From the NCBI GenBank assembly GCA_036273335.1, contig DASUHT010000019.1, positions 3,577 to 67,576 on the forward strand: a stretch of DNA of 64,000 nucleotides, read 5' to 3'. This document shows, in pieces, positions 37,890-46,663 of this stretch. Positions within the stretch are counted from its first letter, which is position 1. The number at the start of each line of letters is the position of its first letter. The stretch comes from Gaiellales bacterium. GTDB taxonomy: Bacteria; Actinomycetota; Thermoleophilia; Gaiellales; JAICJC01. A program made the position numbers and the translations under genes. The notes under the pieces were generated by a model. The model did no database searches. It was not told the DNA's origin and saw only the letters and a program-made list of their open reading frames with translations.

Positions 37890-38446
37890 CGGAAGCGGTC
37901 GTGCAGGCGGTTCTCGCCGTGCTGCCAGAACTCGTAGGCAAGAGGACTGACGAGATAGCCGCCCCAGCGATCGGGGCGGGGAACGTCACCGCCGTCGAAC
38001 CGCCGCCTGGCCTCGGTCAGCGCCTGCTCCAGCTGGTCGCGACCGGTGAGCACCGCACCCTGCTCGGATGCCCAGGTGCCAAGCCGGCTCTCCCGCGGGC
38101 GGGACGCGAAGTAGGCGTCGGAGTCGGCCTCGGGCAGCCTCGAGACGGTGCCCTCGACCCGCACCTGGCGGCCCTCTGCCTGCCAGTGCCAGAGAAGCGC
38201 CGCCTGGGGGTTGGAGTCAAGCTCGCCGGCCTTCCGGCTCAGGTAGCCGGTGAAGAAGCGGAAGCCGTCCGGGCAGGCGCCGCGCAGCAACACCATTCGC
38301 ACCGACGGTGCGGCCGAGGCGGTGGCGGTGGCCAGGGCCATCGCCTCCGGCGCCGTCACACCCGACCGTTCCGCCTCTCCGAACCACGCCTGGAACTGCG
38401 CCAGCGGATCCGGCGCCAGGTCCTGACGGTGAAGGCGCGGGCTCAG
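37838..38446 (-). CDS. pdxH: Pyridoxamine 5'-phosphate oxidase (start codon uncertain, probably CTG 38446)
   Basis: C-terminal part of ORF 37838..38710(-). [20 protein letters not shown]...[25 protein letters not shown]...[15 protein letters not shown]...ERLAP are all PNPOx hallmarks. There is no ATG/GTG/TTG between the rpmB stop and the conserved N-terminal segment. Confidence 0.85.
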   Translation of the reverse strand: MSPRLHRQDLAPDPLAQFQAWFGEAERSGVTAPEAMALATATASAAPSVRMVLLRGACPDGFRFFTGYLSRKAGELDSNPQAALLWHWQAEGRQVRVEGTVSRLPEADSDAYFASRPRESRLGTWASEQGAVLTGRDQLEQALTEARRRFDGGDVPRPDRWGGYLVSPLAYEFWQHGENRLHDRFRYRRDRVDGWLVERLAP

Positions 38447-38634
38447 ACGGCCTTCGTGATCCTGCCGCTCTTCAGGCAGCGGGTGCAGACGTACGCGCGC
38501 ACCGGAGCGCCGTCGACGAGGATCCGCACCTTCTGGAGGTTGGGATTGAAACGTCGTTTGGTGGCGACCATCGAGTGGCTGCGGTTGTTTCCGAAGCCGG
38601 GCTTCTTGGCGCAAACTACGCAGACGCGTGCCAT
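38443..38634 (-). CDS. rpmB: 50S ribosomal protein L28
   Basis: Frame of ORF 38443..38676(-), from ATG 38634. [37 protein letters not shown] is the L28 signature. Confidence 0.93.
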   Translation of the reverse strand: MARVCVVCAKKPGFGNNRSHSMVATKRRFNPNLQKVRILVDGAPVRAYVCTRCLKSGRITKAV

Positions 38635-38644
38635 GGCGCGCGGC

Positions 38645-38652
38645 AGTATAGT
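38645..38652. promoter_or_regulatory. Overlapping divergent -10 boxes (AGTATAGT: TATACT for rpmB on minus, TATAGT for asp23 on plus)
   Basis: Read directly from the sequence. Minus-strand TATACT lies 10 nt before rpmB ATG 38634. Plus-strand TATAGT lies 38 nt before GTG 38691. Confidence 0.35.
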
Positions 38653-38690
38653 CGCAACCCGAGTGCCCGGCGGCACGTCTACCTGAACGC

Positions 38691-39068
38691 GTGGAGGAAC
38701 CGCATCTCAAGCTGGTCGACGGCGCGGGAGCGACGGGCGGGAGCTTCGCGATCGCAAACGACGTGATCGCGCAGATCGTCGGCCTGTCGGTGCTCGAGTG
38801 CTACGGAGTGGTGGGGATGGCGGCCAGCCGTCTCAGCCAGGGGGTGGCGCGCCTGCTCTCCCGGGAGCGGCTCGGTCAGGGCGTGAACGTCCGCCGCGAG
38901 CAGGGCGGCCTGGCCATCGACCTCTACGTGGTGGTCGAGTACGGACTCAACCTGGCCGAGGTCGCGGCCAACGTCCGCAGCCGGGTGCAGTATCAGGTGG
39001 AGGCGCAGACCCAGCTGCCCGTCCACTCGCTCCAGATCCACATTCAGGGAGTCAAACGCACCCGGTGA
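38691..39068 (+). CDS. Asp23/Gls24-family (DUF322) stress protein
   Basis: ORF 38691..39068. [24 protein letters not shown]...V.V.....[23 protein letters not shown] is the Asp23 family pattern. It occupies the YloU-like position next to rpmB. Confidence 0.85.
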   Translation: MEEPHLKLVDGAGATGGSFAIANDVIAQIVGLSVLECYGVVGMAASRLSQGVARLLSRERLGQGVNVRREQGGLAIDLYVVVEYGLNLAEVAANVRSRVQYQVEAQTQLPVHSLQIHIQGVKRTR

Positions 39069-40864
39069 CCGCCAGCACCCGCCAGACCGCCGTCGCGATG
39101 GCCCGCGGCGCCGCCGACGCGCTGGCCGGCGCCCGCGAGCGCCTGAACGACCTGAACGTCTACCCGGTGCCGGACGGGGACACCGGCTCCAACCTCGCGC
39201 GGACCGCGGCCAAGCTGGCCGAGAGCCTGGAATCCTGTCCGGCCGGCGACCGAAGCGGCCTGGCGGCGGCGGCAAAGCGGGCGGCGCTTGCCGGTGCCAG
39301 CGGCAACAGCGGGATCATCCTGTCCCAGATCGTGGCCGGGTTCGCCGACGTCGTGGGCGCGGCCGAGGTGGTGGACGGGCCGGTTCTGGCGCGCGCGCTG
39401 CGCGAGGCGGCGACGGCGGCCTACCGGCCGGTGCAGCAGCCGATCGAGGGCACGATGCTGACGGTGATCCGGGAGATGGCCGAGGCCGCCGAAGGCCTGG
39501 CCGGTGAGCCGCTGGAGGCCGCGATCGACGGCGTTCTTGGCGCCGGTGCGGACAGCGTCGAGCGCACCCCGTCGCTACTGCGGGTGCTGGCCGACGCCGG
39601 TGTCGTCGATGCCGGCGCGGCCGGCCTGGTCGAGTTCGCCCGCGGTGCCGCGGCCGGCTACCGCGGCGACCACGTGGAGGCGCCGCAGGAGCTCCTGAGC
39701 CGGCCTCTGAGCATTGAGGCGGTGCACCAGGAGGCGTCCCGCTACCGCTACTGCACCACCTTCCTGCTCGCCGGCGATGAGATCGACCGGGCGCTCCTGG
39801 AACGGGATCTGGAGCCGCTCGGCGACTGCCTGCTGGTCGTCGGCGAGGTGCCGCTGGTGAAGGTGCATGTGCACACCGACGATCCCGGGCGGGCGATCTC
39901 GATCGGTTCGGGGATGGGCAGCCTGGACGGCGTCGAGGTGGCGAACATGCAGGAGCAGGCGCGCGAGCGCGAGCGCCGGCTGGTGGTGCTGGAGGGGGGC
40001 GGTGAGGGGGACGAGCCGCTGACGACCGAGACGGCCGCCATCGTCCTCGATTCGACCGCCGACCTGCCGCGCCCGCAGGAGACGCACCCGAACTGGCGCT
40101 CGGTGCCGCTGACGGTCGCCTTCGGCGATCGCGAGTTCGCCGACGGCGTCGACCTCGACGTGGGCGGCTTCTATGCGATGCTCGAGCGCTTGTCCGAGCA
40201 CCCGCGGACGGCCGCGCCGGCCCCGGCGGGGTACGGCCGAGCGTTCGCCGACCTGGCCGGATACCGGCGGATCTTCGTGCTGCCGATCTCGTCTCGGGTC
40301 TCGGGCAGCCACCGGGCGGCACTGGCCGCCGCCGCCGACGACCCGCGGGTGACGGTGCTGGACGGCCTCACCGTGTCGGCCGGCACGGTGCTGCTGGCGG
40401 AGGGCGTGCAGCGGCTTCTCGAGGCCGGCACCAGCGTCGAGGAGGTCACCGCCTGGGTCGAGGAGGCCCGCGGCCGGCTGCAGATCCTGATCGCCGTCGA
40501 CACGCTGGAGTTCCTGCACCGCGGCGGCCGGGTCAGCCGCGCCCAGAAGGTCGCGGGCGGCGCCCTCGGCGTGCGGCCGCTGCTGACGCTGCGCGAGGGC
40601 GAGGTGGTGACCTGCGGGAGGGTCTACGGGCGGCGCGGGGTGTGGCGGGCGTTCGAGCGCTTCCTCGCCCAACACGCGCCACCCGGCAGCACAGCCCGGA
40701 TCGGGATCGCGCACGGGCACGCCGAGCGCGACGCCCAGCGGCTGGTCGAGCTGGTCGGACGGGTCAGCCCCCAGGCCAGCGTCGACCGGGTCTGCGAGAT
40801 CGGCCCGGTCGTCGGCACGCACGGCGGGCCGGGCACGCTGGGACTGCTGGTGCTGCCGGCGTGA
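39065..40864 (+). CDS. Dak2 (DhaL/FakA-like) domain fused to a DegV (FakB-like) fatty-acid-binding domain
   Basis: Frame of ORF 38798..40864, from GTG 39065 (599 aa). N-terminal LNVYPVPDGDTGSNL...GNSGIILSQ is Dak2. The middle segment YRYCTTFLL...LLVVG...VKVHVHTDDPG is FakA-central-like. From about 40034 the sequence is DegV-like (AIVLDSTADLP...ISSRVSGSHRAA...LHRGGRVS...GPVVGTHGGPG). Confidence 0.8.
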   Translation: MTASTRQTAVAMARGAADALAGARERLNDLNVYPVPDGDTGSNLARTAAKLAESLESCPAGDRSGLAAAAKRAALAGASGNSGIILSQIVAGFADVVGAAEVVDGPVLARALREAATAAYRPVQQPIEGTMLTVIREMAEAAEGLAGEPLEAAIDGVLGAGADSVERTPSLLRVLADAGVVDAGAAGLVEFARGAAAGYRGDHVEAPQELLSRPLSIEAVHQEASRYRYCTTFLLAGDEIDRALLERDLEPLGDCLLVVGEVPLVKVHVHTDDPGRAISIGSGMGSLDGVEVANMQEQARERERRLVVLEGGGEGDEPLTTETAAIVLDSTADLPRPQETHPNWRSVPLTVAFGDREFADGVDLDVGGFYAMLERLSEHPRTAAPAPAGYGRAFADLAGYRRIFVLPISSRVSGSHRAALAAAADDPRVTVLDGLTVSAGTVLLAEGVQRLLEAGTSVEEVTAWVEEARGRLQILIAVDTLEFLHRGGRVSRAQKVAGGALGVRPLLTLREGEVVTCGRVYGRRGVWRAFERFLAQHAPPGSTARIGIAHGHAERDAQRLVELVGRVSPQASVDRVCEIGPVVGTHGGPGTLGLLVLPA

Positions 40865-42981
40865 TGCGGGGGTTCGCCGGCGGCCCGGACGGCGACCATC
40901 CGCCGAACCGATCGGCCCCGCATCCGTCGCACCTGGCCGAACCGGTGGCCGGCGGCCGGGCACTGACGGAGGCGCTTGCCGAGCTGCGGCCGTTCCCGGT
41001 CGAGAACCTCGGCGACCTGCTCGAGAACGTGCCCTTCCGTCATGATGACTACCGCTCGTCGGCGCGCCTGGCCGACCTCCGCCCGGGCGAGGAGGCGACG
41101 GTCGTGGTCACTGTCGAGCGAGTGCGGGCGAGGCCGACCCGCCGGCGCAACCTGGTGATCGTCGAGGCGTCGGTGCGCGACGCCTCCGGCACCGGCATCG
41201 TCGTCTGGTTCAACCAGCGATACCTGCTCCGCCAGCTCCAGCCGGGAATGCGACTCTCGATCCGCGGCGAGCGGCGGCCGACCATCGACGCCGAGATCGT
41301 GGCCAAGAGCCACGAGCCGGCCCCCGCCGAGGGCGAGCTCTTGCATACGCACGGCCTGGTGCCGGTCTATCGGGCGAGCGAGCGCGTGTCCAGCCGCCGC
41401 CTGCGCTCGCTGGTTGCCGAGCGGCTGGGCCACGCCGGCGATCGCGTGGACATGATCCCGGCCGCGGCGCTCAGCCGGCGCCGGCTACCGCTTCGCCGCG
41501 ATGCGCTGCACGCCTGTCACCAGCCACGGACGCTCTCCGCGCACGGGCTCGGCCGCCGCCGCCTGGCCTACGAGGAGCTCTTCCTCCTCCAGCATGCGAT
41601 GCTGGCCCGGCGCCGGGACGCCGAGGAACACTCGCAGGCGCTGCCGCTGCCGCCCGCAGGCGAGCTCGCCGAGCGCTTCCGGCAGTCGCTCCCGTACCGA
41701 CTGACGGCCGCCCAGGAGCGGGTGAGCGGCGAGATCGACGGCGATCTGGCGCGGACGGTGCCGATGCGCCGGCTGCTCCAGGGGGATGTCGGATCGGGCA
41801 AGACGGTGGTCGCCGTGCACGCCCTCCTGCGGGCGGTCGAGAGCGACGGCCAGGGCGCGCTGATGGCGCCGACGGAGACGCTGGCGACGCAGCACCTGAT
41901 GAACGTCGCCGCCGCCTGCGAGCCCCTGGGCGTTCGGGTGGTCGGCCTGATGCAGGGGATGCCGGCGCGGGAGCGGCGGGCGGCGCTGACGGTGATCGGG
42001 TCGGGCGAGCCGCTGGTGGTGGTGGGCACGCACGCACTGATCCAGCAGTCGGTCGTCTTCGGCGGCCTGCGGGTGGCGGTCGTCGACGAGCAGCATCGGT
42101 TCGGCGTGCGGCAGCGGCAGGCGCTGGAGGAACAGGGCACCGGCGGCCCGCTGCCGCACGCGCTGCACATGACCGCGACACCGATCCCGCGCACGCTCGC
42201 GCTGACGATCTACGGCGACCTCGATGTGAGCGTACTGGACGAGATGCCGCCGGGACGGACGCCTGTGATCACCCGGCTCGTCGGCTCGGCCCGCCGGGAC
42301 GCGGTGTTCGCCCGCATGCGCCGGCTGCTGGACGAGGGGCGCCAGGCGTACGTGGTCTGTCCGCTGGTCTCGGAGTCCGAGCGCAGCCAGGCCACCGCGG
42401 CCGAGGCTGAGGCTGCCCGGCTGGCCGCCGGCGAGCTCCGGGGCTACCGGGTCGGCTGCATCCACGGCCAGCTGCCGGTGGCCGAGCGGCGGGCGCTGAT
42501 GGACAGCTTCCGGGCCGGCGGGCTGGACGTGCTGGTGGCAACGACGGTGATCGAGGTCGGCGTCGACGTTCCCAACGCCACGCTGATGGTGGTCGAGGAG
42601 GCCGACCTGTTCGGTCTCGCCCAGTTGCACCAGTTGCGGGGGCGGGTGGGCCGGGGCGCGCACGAGAGCTACTGCATGCTGATCGCCGACCCGGTCACCG
42701 ACGATGCCCGGCGGCGGTTGGACGCCCTGGTGGCGACGTCGGACGGGTTCGCGCTGGCCGAGGTCGACCTCGACCTGCGCGGCGAGGGATCGCTTCTGGC
42801 GGCGCGGCAGAGCGGGATCCCCGATCTCCGCCACGCCCGGCTGACCCGCCACCGGCGGCTGGCGATGCTGGCTCGCGCGGACGCCCGCGCGCTGCTCGAG
42901 CATCCATTCCCGGACGCCGCCGAGTGGCTGCTTCGCCGCGAGACCGACCGGGTGGTCGGCGACGCCGACCTCGGCGCATGA
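40864..42981 (+). CDS. recG: ATP-dependent DNA helicase RecG
   Basis: Frame of ORF 40642..42981, from ATG 40864 (GTG 40861 is the alternative). Wedge/OB N-terminus, then helicase motifs GDVGSGKT, DEQHRFG, TATPIPRT, QLRGRVGRG. Confidence 0.92.
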   Translation: MRGFAGGPDGDHPPNRSAPHPSHLAEPVAGGRALTEALAELRPFPVENLGDLLENVPFRHDDYRSSARLADLRPGEEATVVVTVERVRARPTRRRNLVIVEASVRDASGTGIVVWFNQRYLLRQLQPGMRLSIRGERRPTIDAEIVAKSHEPAPAEGELLHTHGLVPVYRASERVSSRRLRSLVAERLGHAGDRVDMIPAAALSRRRLPLRRDALHACHQPRTLSAHGLGRRRLAYEELFLLQHAMLARRRDAEEHSQALPLPPAGELAERFRQSLPYRLTAAQERVSGEIDGDLARTVPMRRLLQGDVGSGKTVVAVHALLRAVESDGQGALMAPTETLATQHLMNVAAACEPLGVRVVGLMQGMPARERRAALTVIGSGEPLVVVGTHALIQQSVVFGGLRVAVVDEQHRFGVRQRQALEEQGTGGPLPHALHMTATPIPRTLALTIYGDLDVSVLDEMPPGRTPVITRLVGSARRDAVFARMRRLLDEGRQAYVVCPLVSESERSQATAAEAEAARLAAGELRGYRVGCIHGQLPVAERRALMDSFRAGGLDVLVATTVIEVGVDVPNATLMVVEEADLFGLAQLHQLRGRVGRGAHESYCMLIADPVTDDARRRLDALVATSDGFALAEVDLDLRGEGSLLAARQSGIPDLRHARLTRHRRLAMLARADARALLEHPFPDAAEWLLRRETDRVVGDADLGA

Positions 42982-43520
42982 GGATCGTCGCCGGAGAGCG
43001 AAAGGGGATGCGCCTGGTGGCTCCCCGGGGCAGGGACACCCGGCCGACGTCGGACATGGTCCGGGAGGCGATGTTCGCGATCCTCGGCGACGTTGCCGGG
43101 CTCTCCGTCCTCGAACCCTTTGCGGGGTCGGGCGCGCTTGGCCTGGAGGCGCTCTCGCGGGGGGCGTCGGGCGTCCATTTCTGCGAGCTCTCGCAACCCG
43201 CCCTGCACGCGCTGCGCGAGAATGTGAAGCGGCTCGGCTATGAGGACCGGGCGGTCGTTCGCCGTCAGGACGGCCGCCGCCGGATGGCCGCAGACCACGC
43301 CCGCGGCACCGCCTACGACTTGCTGCTCCTCGACCCGCCTTATAGGATGCTGACCAACTTGCAAGACGATTTGTCCCTGCATCTGCCGGACTTACTGCTC
43401 CCCGGAGGCCGTGTCGTGGTGGAGGGCGCGGCGGACACGCCGGCGCTCGCGCTGCCGCTCCCGCTCTCCGTCAACCGCGTCCACGGCGGTACCCGAATTG
43501 CCGTCTACGGCGATGGCTGA
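42978..43520 (+). CDS. rsmD: 16S rRNA (guanine966-N2)-methyltransferase
   Basis: Frame of ORF 42924..43520, from ATG 42978 (ATGA overlap with recG). MRIVAGERKG..L..P.G..TRPTSDMVREA.F and the DPPY motif. Confidence 0.88.
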   Translation: MRIVAGERKGMRLVAPRGRDTRPTSDMVREAMFAILGDVAGLSVLEPFAGSGALGLEALSRGASGVHFCELSQPALHALRENVKRLGYEDRAVVRRQDGRRRMAADHARGTAYDLLLLDPPYRMLTNLQDDLSLHLPDLLLPGGRVVVEGAADTPALALPLPLSVNRVHGGTRIAVYGDG

Positions 43521-44013
43521 GCGGGTCGCGGTCTGCCCGGGCACCTACGACCCGGTGACCCTCGGCCATCTGGACATCATCCGACGGGCGGCCGCGATCT
43601 TCGACCGGATCGTGGTGGGAGTCGTGCGCCAGCCCCGGCACAAGCAGACGACGATGTTCAGCCTGGAGGAGCGGATCGACTTCATCGCCAGCTCGCTGGA
43701 CGGTCTGTCCAACGTGGAGGTGGAGGGATTCTCGACCCTGGTCGTCGAGTTCGCCCGGTCGCGGAGCGCCCGCTCGATCGTCAAGGGACTGCGCGCCGTC
43801 TCCGACTTCGAGTGGGAATTTCAGATGAACAACCTGAACCGCGGACTGGCCGCCGAGGTGGAGACGATGTACCTGATGGCCTCGCCGCAGTACAGTTTCC
43901 TTTCATCCCGCGGTGTTCGCGAGATTGCGTCGTTCGGCGGAGCCGTCGACGACTACGTGCCGGCCCCGGTGGCCCGGCGGTTGATGGAGTTGCATGAATC
44001 CGGGTCGATCTGA
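43513..44013 (+). CDS. coaD: Phosphopantetheine adenylyltransferase
   Basis: Frame of ORF 43411..44013, from ATG 43513. VCPGTYDPVTLGHLDII (T/HxGH) and KGLRAVSDFE.E. Confidence 0.92.
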   Translation: MAERVAVCPGTYDPVTLGHLDIIRRAAAIFDRIVVGVVRQPRHKQTTMFSLEERIDFIASSLDGLSNVEVEGFSTLVVEFARSRSARSIVKGLRAVSDFEWEFQMNNLNRGLAAEVETMYLMASPQYSFLSSRGVREIASFGGAVDDYVPAPVARRLMELHESGSI

Positions 44014-44031
44014 CCTGGACGAGGAGGACAA

Positions 44032-44529
44032 GTGGACGTACTGGTGCTGATCGACAAGCTGGACGAGCTGGTGCTGAACGCACGCGGCGTGCCCATGTCA
44101 AACCAGGTGCGCCTCGACCGGGACGAGATCGAAGACATCATCTCCCACATGCGGGCGACGATCCCGGAGGAGATCAAGCAGGCCCGGTGGATCGTCAAGG
44201 AGCGCCAGGAGATGCTGGCCGAGGCCAAGCGCGAGGCCGAGCGCGTCATCTCCGAGGCGCGCGAGCACGCTGCCCGTGAAGCCTCCCAGCAGGAGGTCGT
44301 GAAGCTGGCCGAGCGGCAGGCGGAGGACATCCTGGCCGACGCCCGGCGTAAGGCGCGCGAGATGCGGATGGGTGCCGACGACTACGCGGACTCGATCCTC
44401 GAGAACATGGAGAACAACCTGACGAAGTTCCTGGCCGCCGTGCAGCGCGGCCGCGAGCAGCTGGCGGCACGGTCGGACGACCACACCGGGCCCGCCACCG
44501 CCGGGTTCGACATGAGCCACACCCAGTAG
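44032..44529 (+). CDS. Conserved coiled-coil protein of unknown function (ATP synthase subunit-b-like helical region)
   Basis: ORF 44032..44529. GAGGAGGA lies 4-11 nt before GTG 44032. Long Glu/Arg/Ala-rich helix (KERQEMLAEAKREAERVISEAREHAAREA...). It occupies the coaD-yceD spacer. Confidence 0.6.
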   Translation: MDVLVLIDKLDELVLNARGVPMSNQVRLDRDEIEDIISHMRATIPEEIKQARWIVKERQEMLAEAKREAERVISEAREHAAREASQQEVVKLAERQAEDILADARRKAREMRMGADDYADSILENMENNLTKFLAAVQRGREQLAARSDDHTGPATAGFDMSHTQ

Positions 44530-44548
44530 CGCTCGCGCCTGCCCGCCG

Positions 44549-45076
44549 ATGCTCGATCTGAGCCAGTACGGCCTGCGCGCCGGCGACTCGCGCCGGGTCG
44601 ACATCCCGCTCGACCCGGAGCCTGTCGTCCTGGGCGGCCAGACCTACCTGCCGGAGCCGGCCTCGGTCGTCGCCAGGCTCGACCTGCAGGCGACGCCGGA
44701 CGGCCTCTACATGCGGCTGCGCTTCGCGTGCGAGATCGTCGGGCCGTGCGTCCGCTGTCTCGATCCGGCACGGGTGGCAGTCGCCATCGACGCCACCGAG
44801 TACCACGAGCCGGGAGCGGTCGCCGACGGCGACGAGGAGGCGGTCAGCGACTATCTGGACGACCTCCGCCTGGACGTCGAGCGGTGGGCGCGCGACGCGC
44901 TCGTGCTGGCCGTCCCGGCCACCGTCCTCTGTCGTCCCGACTGCCTCGGCCTCTGTCCGGTCTGCGGCGCCAACCTGAACGACGATCCTGGGCATTCCCA
45001 CGAGCAGGAGCAGTTCGACGAGCGCTGGGCGGCGCTCCGCGCCCTGCGTGACGACGGCGGCGACTCGTCCGGGTAG
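44549..45076 (+). CDS. yceD: DUF177 / YceD-family protein (large-subunit rRNA accumulation protein)
   Basis: ORF 44549..45076. Paired Cys motifs CVRCLD and [17 protein letters not shown], and the conserved position immediately upstream of rpmF. Confidence 0.85.
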   Translation: MLDLSQYGLRAGDSRRVDIPLDPEPVVLGGQTYLPEPASVVARLDLQATPDGLYMRLRFACEIVGPCVRCLDPARVAVAIDATEYHEPGAVADGDEEAVSDYLDDLRLDVERWARDALVLAVPATVLCRPDCLGLCPVCGANLNDDPGHSHEQEQFDERWAALRALRDDGGDSSG

Positions 45077-45137
45077 TACCGGGATCAGATCACGCTGGGA
45101 CGCTCACGGCACGGGGCCTTCTATACTGCGACGGCTC

Positions 45138-45326
45138 ATGGCCGTCCCCAAGCGAAAAACCTCCAAGTCGCGTCGCGACAAGCGGCGGGCGACGCATCGC
45201 ATCGAGGCGCCGACGCTCACCATCTGCCCGCAGTGCCATCGGCCGGTGCGGCCGCATCATGCCTGCGCGAACTGCGGCCATTACCGGGGCCGTGAGGTTG
45301 AGCCGCTGCGCGAGGCCGCTCCCTAG
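45138..45326 (+). CDS. rpmF: 50S ribosomal protein L32
   Basis: Frame of ORF 45048..45326, from ATG 45138. [17 protein letters not shown] signature plus a CxxC...CxxC zinc knuckle. TATACT at 45122-45127 lies 10 nt upstream. Confidence 0.93.
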   Translation: MAVPKRKTSKSRRDKRRATHRIEAPTLTICPQCHRPVRPHHACANCGHYRGREVEPLREAAP

Positions 45327-45332
45327 CCGCAG

Positions 45333-46421
45333 ATGGCTGACGTGACCATCGCCCTCGACGTGCTGGGGGGCGACCGGGCACCCGAGGAGCCCATCGCCGG
45401 GGCGATCCTGGCTGCCCGCGAGGGCGTGCGCCTGCTCCTCTGCGGCCCCCGCCAGGTCGTCGAGGACGGCCTCGGGGGACCGATCGACGGGGTCGAGGTG
45501 GTCGATGCGCCGGACGTGATCTCCGGTGACGAGGAGCCGGCAGCCGCCGTCCGCGGCAAGCCTGCCTCGTCGATCGTCACCGCCTGCCGGCTGGTCCGCG
45601 AGGGCCGGGCCCAGGGGGCGGTGTCGGCCGGGTCGACGGGCGCGATGATGGCCGCCTCGCTGCTCCTAATGGGCCGGATCCCCGGCATTCTGCGACCCGG
45701 GATCGCGGTCGCCTTGCCCGCCCAGTCGGCGCCCTGCCTGCTGATCGATTGCGGCGCCAACGTCGACCCGCGGCCGGAACACCTGCTCCAGTACGGGCTC
45801 ATGGGAAGCGCCTTCGCCCGTGACCTGCTGGGCGTCCCCGAGCCCCGTGTCGGGCTGCTCTCGATCGGCGAGGAGTCGTCTAAGGGGACGCGCCTGATCC
45901 AGGAGGCGCACGCGCTCCTGACCGCGTCCGATCTCTCCTTCGCGGGGAACTGCGAGGGTCGCGATGTCCTCACCGGCGACTTCCAGGTGGTGGTCGCCGA
46001 CGGGTTTGCCGGGAACGTGCTCCTGAAGGGCCTGGAGGGCGCCGGGGCGGCGCTCTTCCGCGAGCTGCGAGTGGCCGCCCGGTCGAGCCGCCGGGCGAAA
46101 CTGGGGGCGGCGCTGCTGATTCCGGCGCTCCGCGAGATGCGCGATCGCACCGACCCCGAGATGTACGGCGGCGCCTACCTGCTGGGGGTGCGCGGGCTGG
46201 CCGTGATCGCCCACGGGAACTCCAGCCACCGTGCGATCCGCAACGCGCTCGTCTACGCCGCCCGCGGAGCGGAGGGCCGGGTGGTCGATCGGTTGTCCAG
46301 CCTGGTCACGCCGGGACGCCCCGCCGGTGCTCCTGGTGATGACTTGCAGGACGGCGCTCAGGCACGTAGTGTCCCGCAAGTCGCGGCAACGGAGATTGGA
46401 GAACGAGACGATGAATCGTGA
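45333..46421 (+). CDS. plsX: Phosphate acyltransferase PlsX
   Basis: ORF 45333..46421. [16 protein letters not shown] and [12 protein letters not shown] motifs. The tail overlaps the acpP start by 11 nt. Confidence 0.92.
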   Translation: MADVTIALDVLGGDRAPEEPIAGAILAAREGVRLLLCGPRQVVEDGLGGPIDGVEVVDAPDVISGDEEPAAAVRGKPASSIVTACRLVREGRAQGAVSAGSTGAMMAASLLLMGRIPGILRPGIAVALPAQSAPCLLIDCGANVDPRPEHLLQYGLMGSAFARDLLGVPEPRVGLLSIGEESSKGTRLIQEAHALLTASDLSFAGNCEGRDVLTGDFQVVVADGFAGNVLLKGLEGAGAALFRELRVAARSSRRAKLGAALLIPALREMRDRTDPEMYGGAYLLGVRGLAVIAHGNSSHRAIRNALVYAARGAEGRVVDRLSSLVTPGRPAGAPGDDLQDGAQARSVPQVAATEIGERDDES

Positions 46422-46650
46422 GGAGGCGCTCGAGCGGGTGCGAGCCATTCTGGTCGAGCAGCTCGGGGTCGACGAGGAGCAGGTGACCGAGGACGCGTCG
46501 TTTCAGGGCGACCTGGACGCCGACTCGCTCGATCTCGTCGAGCTGATCATGGAGCTCGAGGATCAGTTCGGACTCAAGATCTCCGACGAGGACGCGCAGA
46601 AGATCTCCACCGTCGGCCAGGCCGTCGACTACGTCACCAGTCACAGCTGA
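46411..46650 (+). CDS. acpP: Acyl carrier protein
   Basis: Frame of ORF 46231..46650, from ATG 46411, 79 aa. Phosphopantetheine site [16 protein letters not shown]. Confidence 0.93.
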   Translation: MNREEALERVRAILVEQLGVDEEQVTEDASFQGDLDADSLDLVELIMELEDQFGLKISDEDAQKISTVGQAVDYVTSHS

Positions 46651-46663
46651 CTCCGAACGCCCG

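Noticed and set aside
38447-38710. Long form of pdxH starting at TTG 38710, as listed in the ORF track.
   Set aside because: It would overlap the whole rpmB gene out of frame, the rpmB/asp23 promoter region and the start of the asp23-family gene. The extra 88 aa are Arg/Gln/Pro-rich with no PNPOx similarity.
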